Below, one piece after another: positions 1 to 8,320 of a DNA stretch of 54,882 bases. Both the position numbers and the translations under genes were made by a program. The DNA is from a virus (taxonomy: Duplodnaviria; Caudoviricetes): IMG/VR virus record IMGVR_UViG_3300017747_001103, positions 1-54,882 of that record; one strand, 5' to 3'. The notes beneath the pieces were generated by a model, which saw nothing but the letters and a program-made list of their open reading frames with translations, searched no databases and was not told where the DNA came from. The stretch's first letter is position 1. Every line of letters starts with the position of its first letter.

Positions 1-123
1 CAGGGTCGATCAGCTCAGCCTCAATCTCCTGCCTGCCAAGGCTAGTGCCCTCGTATTGTAAGATTTGCTTCTTGAAGTTGTCAGCTAGGTTAGCTATGTT
101 GGCGTAGGTTGAGGCACGGGTTA
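1..123. repeat. Terminal direct repeat, left copy (circular assembly overlap)
   Basis: 1-123 is identical to 54760-54882, and the TerL frame continues across the join. Confidence 0.97.
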
Positions 124-736
124 GCACCACGTCGTCCCCACTTCTACCCACTAGCTCAACGATCAGATCTTTAGGTCTTGGCGTAGTAGTGCAGATGACT
201 CTTGTCTTCTTGCCAAGTCGGATGCCGAACATCATCATGTCCCAAGCTTCTTGGATGTAGTCCCAAGCCGCTAACTCATCACACCAGCCACCGTGGAACT
301 GAGCACCACGGAAGCGCTCGGGCTCGGATGCGGGGATGCCTTTGATCAGGCTCCCATTGACCAGCACGAGCTCGTGGAGGCTCTTGTTGTAGTCCTTCAC
401 CAGTATGTTAGGGATGACGTTCATCAGGCCGCTATCGCCCTCAAAGCAGGTGCCACGCACGTCTGCAGAGGTTGGGGCGGCTACCAGCCAGCGGGTTGCG
501 GGGTAGCTCCAAGCCCACCAGCCTATCTGCTCAGCTGCGGTTCGGGTCTTGCCAGCACCACGGCCAGCCAACATAAGCCATATATCCCACCAGTCACCCG
601 CAGGCACAATCTGATGGTCATGAGCTTGAGACAGCCACTTGGCACGCCACTCAAATGCGGCTCGGTAAGTGTCAGGGAGGGCTAGATACTTCTTGTGTAT
701 CTCAGGATCCCTCATCAGCTCAGCGACGTCAGTCAC
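1..736 (-). CDS. terL: Terminase large subunit, 5' part (ATPase); continues at 54759..54056, 479 aa in total
   Basis: Not in the ORF track. Manual translation from GTG at 736 gives MTDVAELMRDPEIHKKY...WLMLAGRGAGKTR (Walker A) and later GGWCDELAAW (Walker B). 736+704=1440 nt, in frame. Confidence 0.95.
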   Translation of the reverse strand, partial: MTDVAELMRDPEIHKKYLALPDTYRAAFEWRAKWLSQAHDHQIVPAGDWWDIWLMLAGRGAGKTRTAAEQIGWWAWSYPATRWLVAAPTSADVRGTCFEGDSGLMNVIPNILVKDYNKSLHELVLVNGSLIKGIPASEPERFRGAQFHGGWCDELAAWDYIQEAWDMMMFGIRLGKKTRVICTTTPRPKDLIVELVGRSGDDVVLTRASTYANIANLADNFKKQILQYEGTSLGRQEIEAELIDP

Positions 737-918
737 TTAGGATCCAATGCCTTGTCATGCATAAAGGTAAACTGCTTAGCCACGAACACGGCATCTTCAT
801 CGTTTATGTCTTTGAGCTTGATCTCTCTGCCTGTGCTTGTCAGTACAAAGTCACAGTCTTGGGGAAGATGGTTAATTTTGAAATACGTTATGTATGCTCT
901 AGCTTGATCTGGTGTCAT
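733..918 (-). CDS. Hypothetical protein
   Basis: ORF with 4-nt overlaps to both neighbours. Confidence 0.75.
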   Translation of the reverse strand: MTPDQARAYITYFKINHLPQDCDFVLTSTGREIKLKDINDEDAVFVAKQFTFMHDKALDPK

Positions 919-1136
919 TCTTTCCCCCTCGCTCGGATAGATTCTATGCAGGCTTCAACACCTAAACTATCAAAATCTTCATTAAGTGATTCACAAACCT
1001 TTGCACACGCCTCGCGCTCTGCTAATACTCCACCCATGTACGCTGCTTGCATTGCTTGTTGGTAAGCATCAGCAAGTATCCACAACTTACCTTCAAACTC
1101 TTTTGCTGGAATAGTTAATCCACCTGTATTTGTCAT
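915..1136 (-). CDS. Small protein with C-terminal EREACA...IRARG module
   Basis: LAEREACAKVCE...CIESIRARGKE; translationally coupled. Confidence 0.8.
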   Translation of the reverse strand: MTNTGGLTIPAKEFEGKLWILADAYQQAMQAAYMGGVLAEREACAKVCESLNEDFDSLGVEACIESIRARGKE

Positions 1137-1372
1137 GACTGCCCCCTCGCTCGGATAGCTGCAGCCGCTTCCAAATAAGTGTTTGCGCTAAAAGCAATCT
1201 GAGCACACGCCTCGCGTTCAGCGGCTACTAGCTTACGCAAAGCGTCCCTGAACATAGTCACCACAATCAATGGGACGCCTGCAGCCACAGCCTCATCCGT
1301 AAACTTGGCATCCTCAGCAGTCAACGTGACGGTAAAGTCTAAGCCATGTTCTTGGGCGCTAACATTATTCAT
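1133..1372 (-). CDS. Small protein with C-terminal EREACA...IRARG module
   Basis: VAAEREACAQIA...AAAAIRARGQS. Confidence 0.8.
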   Translation of the reverse strand: MNNVSAQEHGLDFTVTLTAEDAKFTDEAVAAGVPLIVVTMFRDALRKLVAAEREACAQIAFSANTYLEAAAAIRARGQS

Positions 1373-1527
1373 TTAGCATCTCCGCGATTGAGTAGGATCT
1401 GGCGTAGTTCAGCAGAGTGCCGCTTCTGCTCATCCAGCCATTTGTGTAGGACTTCGTTCTCGCGCCGTAATGCAGCCAGCTCAGCCTTTATAGCCGCCAC
1501 CTCAGCGTTGCTTACGAAGTCGCTCAT
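1369..1527 (-). CDS. Small coiled-coil protein (52 aa)
   Basis: Manual translation MSDFVSNAEVAAIKAELAALRRENEVLHKWL...; ATGA overlaps on both sides; below the ORF-track cutoff. Confidence 0.7.
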   Translation of the reverse strand: MSDFVSNAEVAAIKAELAALRRENEVLHKWLDEQKRHSAELRQILLNRGDAK

Positions 1528-2051
1528 TTGCCTTTAGCCTGCCTGCCGAGCTCCACAGTCTGCAGCATAGTCTCAAACACAGACAGGTCAGCCTTTACCT
1601 CTAACGGGCTGTCCTTGTCGCCTGCGAGTATCTGGCGGTCGCCATACTTTTTAGGGTTCCATTTGGCCAGCAGCTTCAGCCGCGTCTCGATCTGCAGCTT
1701 ACGGTGGCCAAGCATGTCTTGCCGAGTAATAGTCAAGCCATTGGCGCTGCTAGTCTCAGTCTCGCCCATCAGGGGAGTGTCAGCAATAGCCAGCAAATCC
1801 TCAGCTATAGCGTCGTAGCCCTGCTCTCGCGCCTGCGCGATGCGTTCGGATAATGCCTTGTCAACAGCAGCCCAAGCGTATATCGCAGTCCATGCAGGCA
1901 TGTGATTGTCTCTGCATATCTGACGTAATGGCTCACCGTCACTTAGGCGTTCACATATCTCTGCTGCTAGTTCAGGTGTGTACTTTGATGGGCGGCCAAG
2001 CTTCTTCGGCGACTTCTGTTGCTTGGCGGCAATTGTGGTGGGCTCAGACAT
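1524..2051 (-). CDS. terS: Terminase small subunit (Sf6/P22-like)
   Basis: GRPSKYTPELAAEICERLSDGEPLRQIC HTH and KLQIETRLKLLAKWNPKKYGD; lies upstream of TerL. Confidence 0.9.
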   Translation of the reverse strand: MSEPTTIAAKQQKSPKKLGRPSKYTPELAAEICERLSDGEPLRQICRDNHMPAWTAIYAWAAVDKALSERIAQAREQGYDAIAEDLLAIADTPLMGETETSSANGLTITRQDMLGHRKLQIETRLKLLAKWNPKKYGDRQILAGDKDSPLEVKADLSVFETMLQTVELGRQAKGK

Positions 2052-2093
2052 CTTCTCAGTCCTTCAGCGTAATTAGATGCCGATAGTGTAATG

Positions 2094-2435
2094 TCAACTT
2101 GGAAGTTCTGCAACGCCATCATCAATGCCATCTGCGTCGGCTAATAGAATGACTGACTTGGTTTCCTTGATTAAGTCGTAAATCTCTAAATCTTTGAACC
2201 CGCCATCGTAATCTTCTAAGTCAATTAAGTAAGGGAATATTTTATGCAACATAGCCAGCATCTCTGGGGCTGCGGCTATCAGACGCGCATTAGCAACTAC
2301 CTCTTCATCACTACGTGGTAACGAAGCTTGACCCATGTGGTTAGGGTCGCAAGTGCAGATGTCTGGGATGTTATCATCCTCAATCTCTACCCACGAACCT
2401 ACAGCAATCCAAGGCCCCGGCGTATGCTTACTCAT
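2094..2435 (-). CDS. Conserved phage protein (KHTPGPW...ANARLIAAAPE family)
   Basis: Recognisable N-terminal and internal motifs. Confidence 0.8.
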   Translation of the reverse strand: MSKHTPGPWIAVGSWVEIEDDNIPDICTCDPNHMGQASLPRSDEEVVANARLIAAAPEMLAMLHKIFPYLIDLEDYDGGFKDLEIYDLIKETKSVILLADADGIDDGVAELPS

Positions 2436-2650
2436 GCTGGCTCCTTGATTACGTTAAGAGCCTCAGTAGCTATGCGGATTACTTCTTTAAGGGCTCGACC
2501 ATCAGATGCTGCGGTGTACGGCACATTGATTATCTGCTCTAGCGCATCAATGGCTAACTGTGTGCTGCAGTATTGATCGTATGCAACATCAGCTAATTTA
2601 TCTATGTCGCGCTGAAGTTTGGAAACTTCGTATTGTTCTTTAACTTTCAT
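2432..2650 (-). CDS. Hypothetical protein
   Basis: ORF with strong SD (AAGGAGGG). Confidence 0.75.
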   Translation of the reverse strand: MKVKEQYEVSKLQRDIDKLADVAYDQYCSTQLAIDALEQIINVPYTAASDGRALKEVIRIATEALNVIKEPA

Positions 2651-2680
2651 CTTTCCCTCCTTACAGGTAATTGATTAAAT

Positions 2681-2882
2681 TGGTACTCGCTGCGTCTGTG
2701 GAGTTGAGCGCCGTGCATCCACACTCGGTTCAGCCTTCACAGCATCCGCTTTCCCAGCTGGTTACGATTATCCAGCGCGTATGTCGATGCTACATTGGCC
2801 TACGCCGACTAAGTTGCTGGTACGGCCTAGCTTATGGGCAAAATCATCTCCGCTTTCACCGTATCTCCCAAGCTTTCCCAGC
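2681..2882 (-). ncRNA. Putative structured cis-regulatory RNA (tandem stems with GAA/AGUA loop-E-like motifs)
   Basis: About 250-bp gap in an otherwise overlapping operon, with three hand-paired hairpin elements (see findings). Confidence 0.55.
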
Positions 2883-2902
2883 GATCTATTTTAACTTACC
2901 CT

Positions 2903-3097
2903 TCAAGCTTCCTCTACAGTTATCTTGTATTTTTTGCCCTGATTGTCTTCAACAATCATAAGCTTAGTCGTGCTTTGGAATGAGCCATCATCGCCCAAGT
3001 CCCACTGTATTTTGCCTACGTGGCAAAGCTTCCAGTCTCTGTCTTCAACCAAAGCTTCGCGGATTGTGTAGGCTATGTAGTCGCAGTAGGCAATCAT
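2903..3097 (-). CDS. Hypothetical protein
   Basis: ORF in operon. Confidence 0.75.
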   Translation of the reverse strand: MIAYCDYIAYTIREALVEDRDWKLCHVGKIQWDLGDDGSFQSTTKLMIVEDNQGKKYKITVEEA

Positions 3098-3099
3098 AA

Positions 3100-3366
3100 T
3101 TAAGCCTCCTCTGACATTTCTTCGTGGATCGCAATCTCAATTTCTTCGCGTTCACGGGGTGTAAGCGCGTCCCACAATGCACGCGATACCTTACCATCCA
3201 CAATGATATCGAAGTCCACCTCGATGTATCCGTGGTAGTCCCAATCGCTGTCGCGGCAGCTACGATCAGCTTTTTGCTCGTGGAAATAGTTCACGCTGAT
3301 AATCACTTCGATTGGCTCTTCCAATGCTGAAATATCTAACGTGTATTCGATTTGGACTGGTTTCAT
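3100..3366 (-). CDS. Hypothetical acidic protein
   Basis: ORF; DSDWDYHGY motif. Confidence 0.75.
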   Translation of the reverse strand: MKPVQIEYTLDISALEEPIEVIISVNYFHEQKADRSCRDSDWDYHGYIEVDFDIIVDGKVSRALWDALTPREREEIEIAIHEEMSEEA

Positions 3367-3518
3367 GACGCCTCCACTAACGTGTAGGACTCAGGTGTGC
3401 GGCACTCAGGGCAGATGTCTAACGTGCCGTCTGAGGCTCCGCTAGTGTCGTTAACAGTCTCAATCTCATCTTCGTGCATTACGTAATCGCAGCAATCGCA
3501 TTTGTAGTATTTGTCCAT
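3363..3518 (-). CDS. Small Zn-ribbon protein
   Basis: CDCC...CPEC; probable start MDKYY at 3518. Confidence 0.7.
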   Translation of the reverse strand: MDKYYKCDCCDYVMHEDEIETVNDTSGASDGTLDICPECRTPESYTLVEAS

Positions 3519-3574
3519 GATTCGCTCTCTTTCGCTATAAATAAGATACAAAGTTACGCTAGTTAAAAGTTATT

Positions 3575-3757
3575 TTATGAATGCATTTTTAATGCAGCCG
3601 CCCAAACACGATCAACTGTGGCCGCATTAATCTGATGTAATGTACGAGCGCGATTTTTGAACCAATTTTCAAACGCATCGCTTACTGGATGATGACCCGA
3701 AGTTTTTGCATATTTCCAGCAAGACTCAATGATTGTTGCCATTTCGTTATCAGTCAT
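3575..3757 (-). CDS. Hypothetical early protein
   Basis: Probable start MTDNE at 3757, after promoter and SD. Confidence 0.65.
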   Translation of the reverse strand: MTDNEMATIIESCWKYAKTSGHHPVSDAFENWFKNRARTLHQINAATVDRVWAAALKMHS

Positions 3758-3766
3758 TTTGTTCCC

Positions 3767-3828
3767 CCTATTCGCTGTCCTGCGTTGTGCAGTGATGTAA
3801 CTATAGCTTAAACGATTAACCTGTGCAA
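3767..3828 (-). promoter_or_regulatory. Sigma70-like promoter plus conserved leader, copy 1
   Basis: TTGCAC (3828-3823), 17 bp, TATAGT (3805-3800); leader GCAGGACAGCGAATAGG (3783-3767). Confidence 0.7.
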
Positions 3829-3833
3829 GCACT

Positions 3834-4046
3834 TTAGTAAATTATTCTATCTGCCCGATAATCCCCAGACCAATGCATCCCAAACGGCCTATGATAAAAG
3901 ACCCTTTGCCTCATGTCTTGTTCATTTTGCAAGAAGCTCTCTGGCGACAAAATCTTTACCATGTCTATAGCATGCTGGATTTGGTCTATGTCTTTTGATA
4001 ACGCTGCAGATTTCAGCATAAATACGCAGTTCACTGGCAACATCAA
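3834..4046 (-). CDS. Hypothetical protein
   Basis: ORF in operon. Confidence 0.65.
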   Translation of the reverse strand: MMLPVNCVFMLKSAALSKDIDQIQHAIDMVKILSPESFLQNEQDMRQRVFYHRPFGMHWSGDYRADRIIY

Positions 4047-4129
4047 ATTATCCCCTCAGTCATCATTATCACAAGAGCAAAGCCTAATGCTATGCATACC
4101 CACATAACCATTTCATCAGGATCAATCAT
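4043..4129 (-). CDS. 28-aa membrane peptide
   Basis: Manual translation MIDPDEMVMWVCIALGFALVIMMTEGII; overlaps neighbours. Confidence 0.5.
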   Translation of the reverse strand: MIDPDEMVMWVCIALGFALVIMMTEGII

Positions 4130-4277
4130 TGTTAACCCCCCAAAAAATGTCTAAATAATCTTCATAAGCAGCCCAGCACAGCAGGTATTGCCAACTACGC
4201 TGTGGCATACCCATCTCGTAATAAATCTCAGCTAAGTGCAAACACAACTCTTTTGTCGGTGGCGGCCTTTCTTTCAT
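4122..4277 (-). CDS. Hypothetical 51-aa protein
   Basis: Manual translation MKERPPPTKELCLHLAEIYY...; ATGA overlap. Confidence 0.6.
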   Translation of the reverse strand: MKERPPPTKELCLHLAEIYYEMGMPQRSWQYLLCWAAYEDYLDIFWGVNND

Positions 4278-4537
4278 GCGCCATTCCTTTCAGCTTCTAA
4301 TACACGCAAATCATTTGCAGCGTCAGATACCCCGTGCCAATCACCTCTGGTAATCATCACACGTAAATAATCAATTAAAACCGCACGCTGCGTAGAGTAG
4401 TCAGCATAGTTTTTACTGTCGTGTATAAATTTCATGTCGTCCATCAACTCTTCTGGCATACGGCATACATACTGATCACCTTCTCTTATCCATCGAATTG
4501 TTCCTGATGGAAAATCAATTTCTTCATATGCTTTCAT
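4274..4537 (-). CDS. Hypothetical protein
   Basis: GDWHGVSDAANDLRVLEA motif; probable start 4537. Confidence 0.7.
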   Translation of the reverse strand: MKAYEEIDFPSGTIRWIREGDQYVCRMPEELMDDMKFIHDSKNYADYSTQRAVLIDYLRVMITRGDWHGVSDAANDLRVLEAERNGA

Positions 4538-4665
4538 AAAGCGCTCCATAACCATTTAATGTACTTCCCTATCAAAACCCCAGCGGTACTAGCCATGAAT
4601 ACAAATGCAACTATTACTACTAAGCCGTAAATGTGTTGCAACAATGCTTTTCCCATTTCGTTCAT
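4534..4665 (-). CDS. 43-aa membrane peptide
   Basis: Manual translation MNEMGKALLQHIYGLVVIVAFVFMASTAGVLIGKYIKWLWSAL; ATGA overlaps. Confidence 0.55.
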   Translation of the reverse strand: MNEMGKALLQHIYGLVVIVAFVFMASTAGVLIGKYIKWLWSAL

Positions 4666-4892
4666 AACTCTTCTCCATTCTTCTCGGCTTCTTCGTTTAA
4701 TCTGTACAATTTCTCTTGTCCTGCACCTTTGAAGTACATAGGATTAAATTCTTTTGCATCAATCCAACCTTGTCTTCCGTCATCCATCAGCTCCACAAGA
4801 ATACGTTCACCTTTAATCTCAATGATCTTGCAGTTGTTAGCAGGTGAAGTGCCGCCAAACCAACCTGTATATCCAACTACAACGCCTTTCAT
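4662..4892 (-). CDS. Hypothetical protein (possible SH3-like beta fold)
   Basis: KIIEIKGERILVEL..DGRQGWI pattern. Confidence 0.65.
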   Translation of the reverse strand: MKGVVVGYTGWFGGTSPANNCKIIEIKGERILVELMDDGRQGWIDAKEFNPMYFKGAGQEKLYRLNEEAEKNGEEL

Positions 4893-5176
4893 CCCTGCCC
4901 TCTTTTGCGAATAGCATCAGCAGCGGAGTCGTATGCAGCAGTAACTAAGTCACCGTGCCAACTTGCCATTTCTTCACACAACCTCGCACACGCTTCGCGT
5001 TCTGCTTTGATTGCGGTTTCTACTTCCGACTTCAATCGCTCAATTTCGTCAGACATATCTTGTTTGTTCATCGACATAACCTTCATGGTGTCAATCATGC
5101 TTTGAATGTGATGGTTAAGGGTGCGAACTTCGCTTTCCAAAAATTCTTCTCTTGTGCCAAGTTTTCTTATACTCAT
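4889..5176 (-). CDS. Coiled-coil protein with EREACA module
   Basis: IKAEREACARLCEE...AADAIRKRG. Confidence 0.8.
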   Translation of the reverse strand: MSIRKLGTREEFLESEVRTLNHHIQSMIDTMKVMSMNKQDMSDEIERLKSEVETAIKAEREACARLCEEMASWHGDLVTAAYDSAADAIRKRGQG

Positions 5177-5361
5177 TCTTTACCCCTTAGACGGATATTT
5201 GTAGCGCAATGGTCGCACCCAATAGCGTCAAGTCGTTTTGCACATTCCTCACGCTCTGTTTCTGCGACTATGTTGGCAAAGCGTTCAAGGCTAGGATCAG
5301 AATAGTCATACATTACAAGTCCAGCCTCACGCGCCATGCGCGTAATGTCATCTCTTGTCAT
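5173..5361 (-). CDS. Small protein with EREACA module
   Basis: MTRDDITRMAREAG...EREECAK...CATNIRLRG. Confidence 0.8.
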   Translation of the reverse strand: MTRDDITRMAREAGLVMYDYSDPSLERFANIVAETEREECAKRLDAIGCDHCATNIRLRGKE

Positions 5362-6068
5362 GCAACTTCTCCAATTTTATAATCATGAAAAATAATGCCC
5401 TTACTTGCATCACCAACCTTACATGAACGCACCCAAACATTTTTACCGTTTTGTAGCCTGCGTAAATGCCCACGCCTGTCATGAAGTCTAGGGGAAGCAT
5501 GAGTACCGCCTTTAGATTCTGATTTTGGTTTTGTTGGCTCAATAACTACGGTACGCCATTCATAAGTAGGCAACTTCCCCTGAGCTATTTTTCTTTTGTT
5601 TGTAAATGTCTGCGATACAGACGGAACATATGCATTACAGCCTTGCGCCAAACTTCTATACCATGCAGCAACAAGACCTAAAGTCATCTGTGCATCGTAT
5701 TCTTCAACAATTTGATTTTCATCTACCGCCCCATATCTAACAAAATCATTACCAACAATGTATATCAATGGAGTTAATACATTTGGCATATTTCCAAGTT
5801 GACCTCTAAAAACACTAACCATTATTCCTTCGCTTGGTTGATCACCTTCAATCATCATCAATGCGTCATAAGTTTGATTATTTTTTGTTGAGAAGCCTTG
5901 CCAACAAACCATACATTTTTCAAAAGGTGGTCTATATTCATACAACCAATCTTGTTCAACTTTGTTTTGATCTTGTATGCCAGTAATGTCAAACCAATGG
6001 TAACTAGCAATGTCTACACCACCGTCTACCATCCATTTCATAGTGGAGCGAACAAGTGGTGTAGTCAT
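5358..6068 (-). CDS. Conserved phage protein with basic C-terminal SPRxHxRRGHxR motif
   Basis: HASPRLHDRRGHLRRLQNGKNVWV. Confidence 0.8.
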   Translation of the reverse strand: MTTPLVRSTMKWMVDGGVDIASYHWFDITGIQDQNKVEQDWLYEYRPPFEKCMVCWQGFSTKNNQTYDALMMIEGDQPSEGIMVSVFRGQLGNMPNVLTPLIYIVGNDFVRYGAVDENQIVEEYDAQMTLGLVAAWYRSLAQGCNAYVPSVSQTFTNKRKIAQGKLPTYEWRTVVIEPTKPKSESKGGTHASPRLHDRRGHLRRLQNGKNVWVRSCKVGDASKGIIFHDYKIGEVA

Positions 6069-6081
6069 CTCAAACCCCTGA

Positions 6082-6369
6082 TTAACGTGAAGTTACTTTG
6101 ACTGAGAATACTGCAGACGTGCTGGTGTACTGAGCTACTGTGTCTTCAGTAACACCGAGGTCTGCCAAAAGCTTTTTGTAGTTGACTGTGGCGCGGTTAG
6201 CTTCAATGACGGTGGCTTTGAACATGTCGCCCTCGAATACTTTGCTGCCATTAGGTGCTGTAGCTGAATCTTTGAAGCCATCTTTGATTGCGTCAGCTTG
6301 CTTAGTTAAGTCAGCAATCTGTGCCAAGAGTGAGCCTAAAGTGTCTACTGTGTTGAGATCGTTATTCAT
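6082..6369 (-). CDS. Hypothetical early protein
   Basis: First gene after a consensus promoter. Confidence 0.8.
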   Translation of the reverse strand: MNNDLNTVDTLGSLLAQIADLTKQADAIKDGFKDSATAPNGSKVFEGDMFKATVIEANRATVNYKKLLADLGVTEDTVAQYTSTSAVFSVKVTSR

Positions 6370-6379
6370 GATGTCGCTT

Positions 6380-6442
6380 CCTATTCGCTGTCCTGCACGT
6401 CGCAGTAGTGATACTTTAATTCTTTATTAAACGGTCTGTCAA
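6380..6442 (-). promoter_or_regulatory. Sigma70-like promoter plus conserved leader, copy 2
   Basis: TTGACA (6442-6437), 18 bp, TAAAGT (6418-6413); leader GCAGGACAGCGAATAGG (6396-6380). Confidence 0.75.
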
Positions 6443-6449
6443 CCCCTTT

Positions 6450-6743
6450 TTAAAAAATATTTTCATCTTTTTCTACAGGTAGTCCATCACACAGTAAACG
6501 CTGGATAGTTACATTTAAGGCATCTAGCTCGTCCATCTTGCGGATAGCCCATGCCCTGCGGTTCCCGTGCCAGCCCATCATGCTGCCTTGGTGGCAGTCG
6601 TAGCAGAGGGCTACGCAGGTGTATTGGCTGTGCTGCTTGACGTGGTGAGCTGAGCTCGGGGGAGGGGCGTTACAGACGCTGCAGGGCAGGCTCTTGACCC
6701 GCTGGAGGTGCCTGCGCTCTGCAGCTGTAAGTTTATTGTTCAA
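6450..6743 (-). CDS. HNH-type Zn-binding nuclease (Ref/DUF968-like)
   Basis: LPCSVC...AHH...LCYDCH. Confidence 0.75.
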   Translation of the reverse strand: MNNKLTAAERRHLQRVKSLPCSVCNAPPPSSAHHVKQHSQYTCVALCYDCHQGSMMGWHGNRRAWAIRKMDELDALNVTIQRLLCDGLPVEKDENIF

Positions 6744-7075
6744 ATCGTAGCCCTGTACTCGGCGCGATTAGAGGCTTCCTGTGACCGCCAAACCTCAATC
6801 CTAGCCTCAGCTGCCACCATGTGCCATTTGAGCGCTTCCTCGGCTTCTACAGCAGCCCTAAGGTCATTTAAAAGCTGTAAGTATTCTGGGTGGCTGTAGG
6901 CATCCCGTTCTTGGGCGTTTACTGCAGTCTCTAATGATTGCTTCATTAGCAACGACTTCTTAGACTTACGGAACTCCTCAAGGTATATCCGAGTAGCCTT
7001 GGCATGTGCCAGCTTAGCCCCGTGGTCGCGGATAAAATCTACTGCCTTTTGTGGATCAATTTCTCGTTCGCTCAT
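6740..7075 (-). CDS. Conserved helical phage protein
   Basis: LEEFRKSKK...AQERDAY...WRSQEA; probable start 7075. Confidence 0.8.
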   Translation of the reverse strand: MSEREIDPQKAVDFIRDHGAKLAHAKATRIYLEEFRKSKKSLLMKQSLETAVNAQERDAYSHPEYLQLLNDLRAAVEAEEALKWHMVAAEARIEVWRSQEASNRAEYRATI

Positions 7076-7077
7076 AG

Positions 7078-7260
7078 TTACCCCCATATTCGCCATAAAA
7101 TCATAGATACGCCAATTATCGCTAAGGCAGCAAATGCCCCAAGAACTACAGCCAAAGCCAACAACGTCAACTTAAATTCCAATCTTTCTGACGATGTGGG
7201 TTCTGCCTTTTTTAAGCGAACACTTCTCGCAAATCCATCTCTGTCTGTTCCCATTGTCAA
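7078..7260 (-). CDS. Small membrane protein
   Basis: C-terminal hydrophobic helix. Confidence 0.6.
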   Translation of the reverse strand: MTMGTDRDGFARSVRLKKAEPTSSERLEFKLTLLALAVVLGAFAALAIIGVSMILWRIWG

Positions 7261-7463
7261 ATACCTTGTACGTCCCGCCCTGTATGGGCTGTCGTTGCAT
7301 GCAGTTCGTGCAGAACCTCGGGTTTTGTGATGACTCTTTCTGTTCCAACACGGTTAATTACCTTTTTAATTTGTGATTTATCTAACTTAAAACGCTTAGC
7401 CAATGACCCAACAGAGTCACCCCTCATGAACGCTTCGTAAATGCTAATGTCTAGCGGTCGCAT
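7257..7463 (-). CDS. Small HTH (Mor-like) protein
   Basis: IYEAFMRGDSVGSLAKRFKLDKSQIKKVI. Confidence 0.65.
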   Translation of the reverse strand: MRPLDISIYEAFMRGDSVGSLAKRFKLDKSQIKKVINRVGTERVITKPEVLHELHATTAHTGRDVQGI

Positions 7464-7620
7464 TCTTAACTCCCATCATCATGTCAGCCATATCAAATGC
7501 AGCCTCCGCAATGAATCGTCTGTTGGGCTCACTATCAAGTATCTCAGGGTCAACAGAAGACATCAGCCCCTGTAAAGCAAACGCAGCAAACATACATCGC
7601 ATTTCATCATTCTCAATCAT
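7444..7620 (-). CDS. Small protein of the R-x-x-FAAxA...A-x-x-x-AD-x-M family
   Basis: Manual translation MIENDEMRCMFAAFALQGLM...AFDMADMMM; paralogue of 15121..15312. Confidence 0.7.
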   Translation of the reverse strand: MIENDEMRCMFAAFALQGLMSSVDPEILDSEPNRRFIAEAAFDMADMMMGVKNATARH

Positions 7621-8075
7621 CCAAATGTCCTCCTCGCATATTCCGCTATCAATAAAGCCTCGGCTCTTCCATGATGCTTCTTTAACTTTAACATTGCATC
7701 AGGAAATAAATTTCTTGCCATTACCAAAGACTTCTCTTTTTCCGCAGTCACACCCATAACTTTTTTCCATGCCTGCGGTAACACCATCTCAACCCTATCA
7801 GACAACAATGCAGCTACAGCTTCAATCGCACCAAACGCCCTCATAAACTTACCTGAGCTAGATATTCCCTGCCCCGGTCTTACACCTACGTGCTCAATGC
7901 AGATGGCATATGTATCACCCGGCACTGTAATTTTATAAATCTGTTCTTTCAAAGCTTTGACGTCAATCTTATCGCCATCAGCCATGATGTCACCAGCTGC
8001 TACAAATCCACCGTTGTGGTCTATTGAGGCTATTGCTCCAGACCGTAAGCCGGGGTCTATACCTATCCAGATCAT
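7617..8075 (-). CDS. ruvC: RuvC-like Holliday junction resolvase
   Basis: IGIDPG, ICIEHV, PQAWKK, GRAEALLIA. Confidence 0.88.
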   Translation of the reverse strand: MIWIGIDPGLRSGAIASIDHNGGFVAAGDIMADGDKIDVKALKEQIYKITVPGDTYAICIEHVGVRPGQGISSSGKFMRAFGAIEAVAALLSDRVEMVLPQAWKKVMGVTAEKEKSLVMARNLFPDAMLKLKKHHGRAEALLIAEYARRTFG

Positions 8076-8320
8076 TGGCGTTGTATTGGTATACGGTTGC
8101 GGATTGCATCCCCCAATTTTTCTATGTCAACACATTCATCAGCCAGTTTGGCGCACTCTTCACGCTCAATCAAAATAGCTTGCTTTGTAGTCTCTATCGC
8201 CACAGCCATAATTTCAGCCTGAGCTAGATTCAATGCGTCATCAAATTCTTTTTGGGTGAACACTTCTACGTGACCACTGCCTGCTAAAAAATTCTTTTGA
8301 AAATTACTTAGTTCACTCAT
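8072..8320 (-). CDS. Protein with EREACA module
   Basis: ILIEREECAKLADE...LGDAIRNR. Confidence 0.75.
   Translation of the reverse strand: MSELSNFQKNFLAGSGHVEVFTQKEFDDALNLAQAEIMAVAIETTKQAILIEREECAKLADECVDIEKLGDAIRNRIPIQRQ

Noticed and set aside
293-1065. Plus-strand ORFs 293..685, 655..1065 and 695..907
   Set aside because: Antisense shadows of terL and the coupled minus-strand genes.
2671-2961. Plus-strand 96-aa ORF over the structured RNA; also considered as a tRNA or ribozyme
   Set aside because: The ORF is against operon direction with no SD or motif. There is no tRNA T-loop or cloverleaf, and I could not fit a known ribozyme core.
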